Below are positions 62,121 to 64,000 of a DNA stretch of 64,000 bases, piece by piece; positions within the stretch are counted from its first letter, which is position 1, and each line of letters starts with the position of its first letter. The DNA comes from Hypanus sabinus. Lineage: Eukaryota. The notes beneath the pieces are model-generated. The model searched no databases, was not told the DNA's origin, and was given only the letters and a program-made list of their open reading frames with translations. The stretch is taken from NCBI RefSeq assembly GCF_030144855.1, contig NW_026780939.1, positions 434,001 to 498,000 of the forward strand. The letters run 5' to 3'. The position numbers and the translations under genes were made by a program.

Positions 62121-64000
62121 CTGTGGTACACTCTTTCTGTTTTATTGTGCATGTAATTGCTTATATAACTATTTATTAATTTCCGTATTAGTCTACTTAT
62201 TTATCTGCTATTTATTCTCCGTGCAGTCGTCTTTTTATTAATTTATTTGTGTGTTTATTTACATTTACTGTAATTGATCATATGTTTGATCTATTGCACC
62301 AGACTGCTGTCGAAGTAACAATAAATTTTACCACATATAGAATTCATGATAAAACCGATTCCGGTTCTGATAGTGATCCACCATTCCTCCCCTTGTGATT
62401 GGCGGCCTGGTCGCCTGGAGACCAGGAGGGGGCGCCGTAGGAGGAGCTGAAGGTGACGCACTCAGAAAGGGGAGGCATCTCCAGCGTGGAATCAGCAGAG
62501 AATCACTCCGGCTGGATTTCCAACCTATTTATTTATGCCATGGACAGATTTCGTGAAGCGCGGGAATTTGTAGTCTCCGTCTACGGATAATATTGCTGAA
62601 TAAGGACGCGCAGGCCGACTTGGCGGGCTCTCGTCCAGCTGTAGAACTGGTCAGTCGTTCCAGAATTCCGGAGATTGAGACAAGGAGTTGACACGTGGAC
62701 GGGAGGGCATTGAAAACCTGAAATTTGTGTTGGTGAGTCGGCCAGTGTCTGTCTCGTCCTGCAACATGACTTTGGTAGGGTATCACGTGGGATAGAATTA
62801 ATTTCTTTTATCTATCTGTCCAGCAGAGGGCGATATCACACCATGCATCGGGCAATGAAGGACATCCAAGCAACACACACAAAAGGCTGGTGGAACACAA
62901 AACGCCAGGCAGCATCTATAAGGAGAAACACTGTCGAGGTTTCGGGCCGAGACCCTTCGTCAGTACTAACTGAAAGGAAAAATGAAGGACATGCACGGCT
63001 TCTCAAAGGGGATTTCAACTTGGTCCCTCTCCAGTGGGTACCTGTACCTCTGCATAATCTGCCCTTCTATCAAAACCAAATCAACCGTCCAGTTACCAAA
63101 TAAAACTCGACAAATCTCGTTGAAATCATAGATTTACACAAATATCACGTCGTGACACAGGCGATTGGTATAGATCTCTCAGCACCCTCACCACCCGGAA
63201 CATTTCCGCTTCTCCTTCCGACCAGCGCAGTGGAGGCACTGGATACGGAAGAGTGAAAGATCCTTGAACAAGTTCTTCCCCTCCGCCATCAGATGGCTGA
63301 AAGGTCCGTAAACCCATAAACACCACTTTGTTATTCCGCTCGCTTTATACACCACTTGTACAGTTTCTCTCGTAACTGACTTCGAGGGGGAAGTGGAAGA
63401 GTGGGTAAACACGGTTACAGGAAACGCGAAGTTTGATTGTGTTGTGGGGAGTGCATAAGGTTGGTCTTTGCTGACAACGGGTCTTTGGTAGGATGCAGAG
63501 CCGGACAGAGGAGAGTCCGATGGAGTTCAACCAACGAAGACAGAGGAAGGATGCGGAAGCCCTGTCACAGCCAGGACTCGGCTGCGCAACAGATTCGATA
63601 ATTGTGCTCGTGGATATGTACGGGTCATATAATGATTTCATTACGCCGGTATTTAACTCCCTGCTTATTGCTGTAGCGTTTGTCGATACTCGAGCAAAGC
63701 ACAGCAACGTTACGCTGCCGGCTTGCATTCGGCCTTCCCCGAGAACAGTGGACTGAGTCTGAGAACGAGCGGTACTCGGTTTACGTTTAGCTATTCCGTT
63801 CAGACGCGTTTTTTAGTTATGGAACATAGAATAGTGCAGCACAGGAATTCGGCCCACAATGTTGTGCTCAACCGAACAAATTAATAATCTAATGGTCAAC
63901 TAAACAAATATCTTGTGATCTTGTGCCTGCACAATGACCCTATCTCTTACTTTTCGTCTTTAATGTGCCTTATCTAAACATCTGTGAAAAGCTCCTAATG

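Noticed and set aside
63493-63756. 87-aa ORF as a fourth V segment or other gene
   Set aside because: No WYRQ or YxC motif, no RSS and no recognisable domain.

Overview
Repeat-rich vertebrate genomic DNA, most likely a cartilaginous fish (inferred from the CR1/Rex1/V-SINE repeat content, the receptor family and the TCR V segments), with a 306-N gap at 15669-15974. It holds three paralogous two-exon orphan class A GPCR genes (GPR139/142-like). Two are intact on the minus strand and one on the plus strand has frameshifts at both ends; their extracellular loops are highly divergent. Between genes 2 and 3 lies a ~14 kb same-strand tandem array of a pol-less Gypsy LTR-PBS(tRNA-Pro)-gag unit. One unit is interrupted by a nested solo LTR with a 5-bp TSD that carries a ~2 kb modular 29-bp minisatellite. 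At 55-61.5 kb there are three TCR beta V-like pseudogene segments, each with a canonical 23-bp-spacer RSS, two of them convergent. The rest is mainly CR1, Rex1, Tc1 and solo-LTR debris plus microsatellites. No D, J or C segments, rRNA, tRNA genes or CRISPR arrays were recognised. Repeat boundaries are approximate unless termini or TSDs are quoted.
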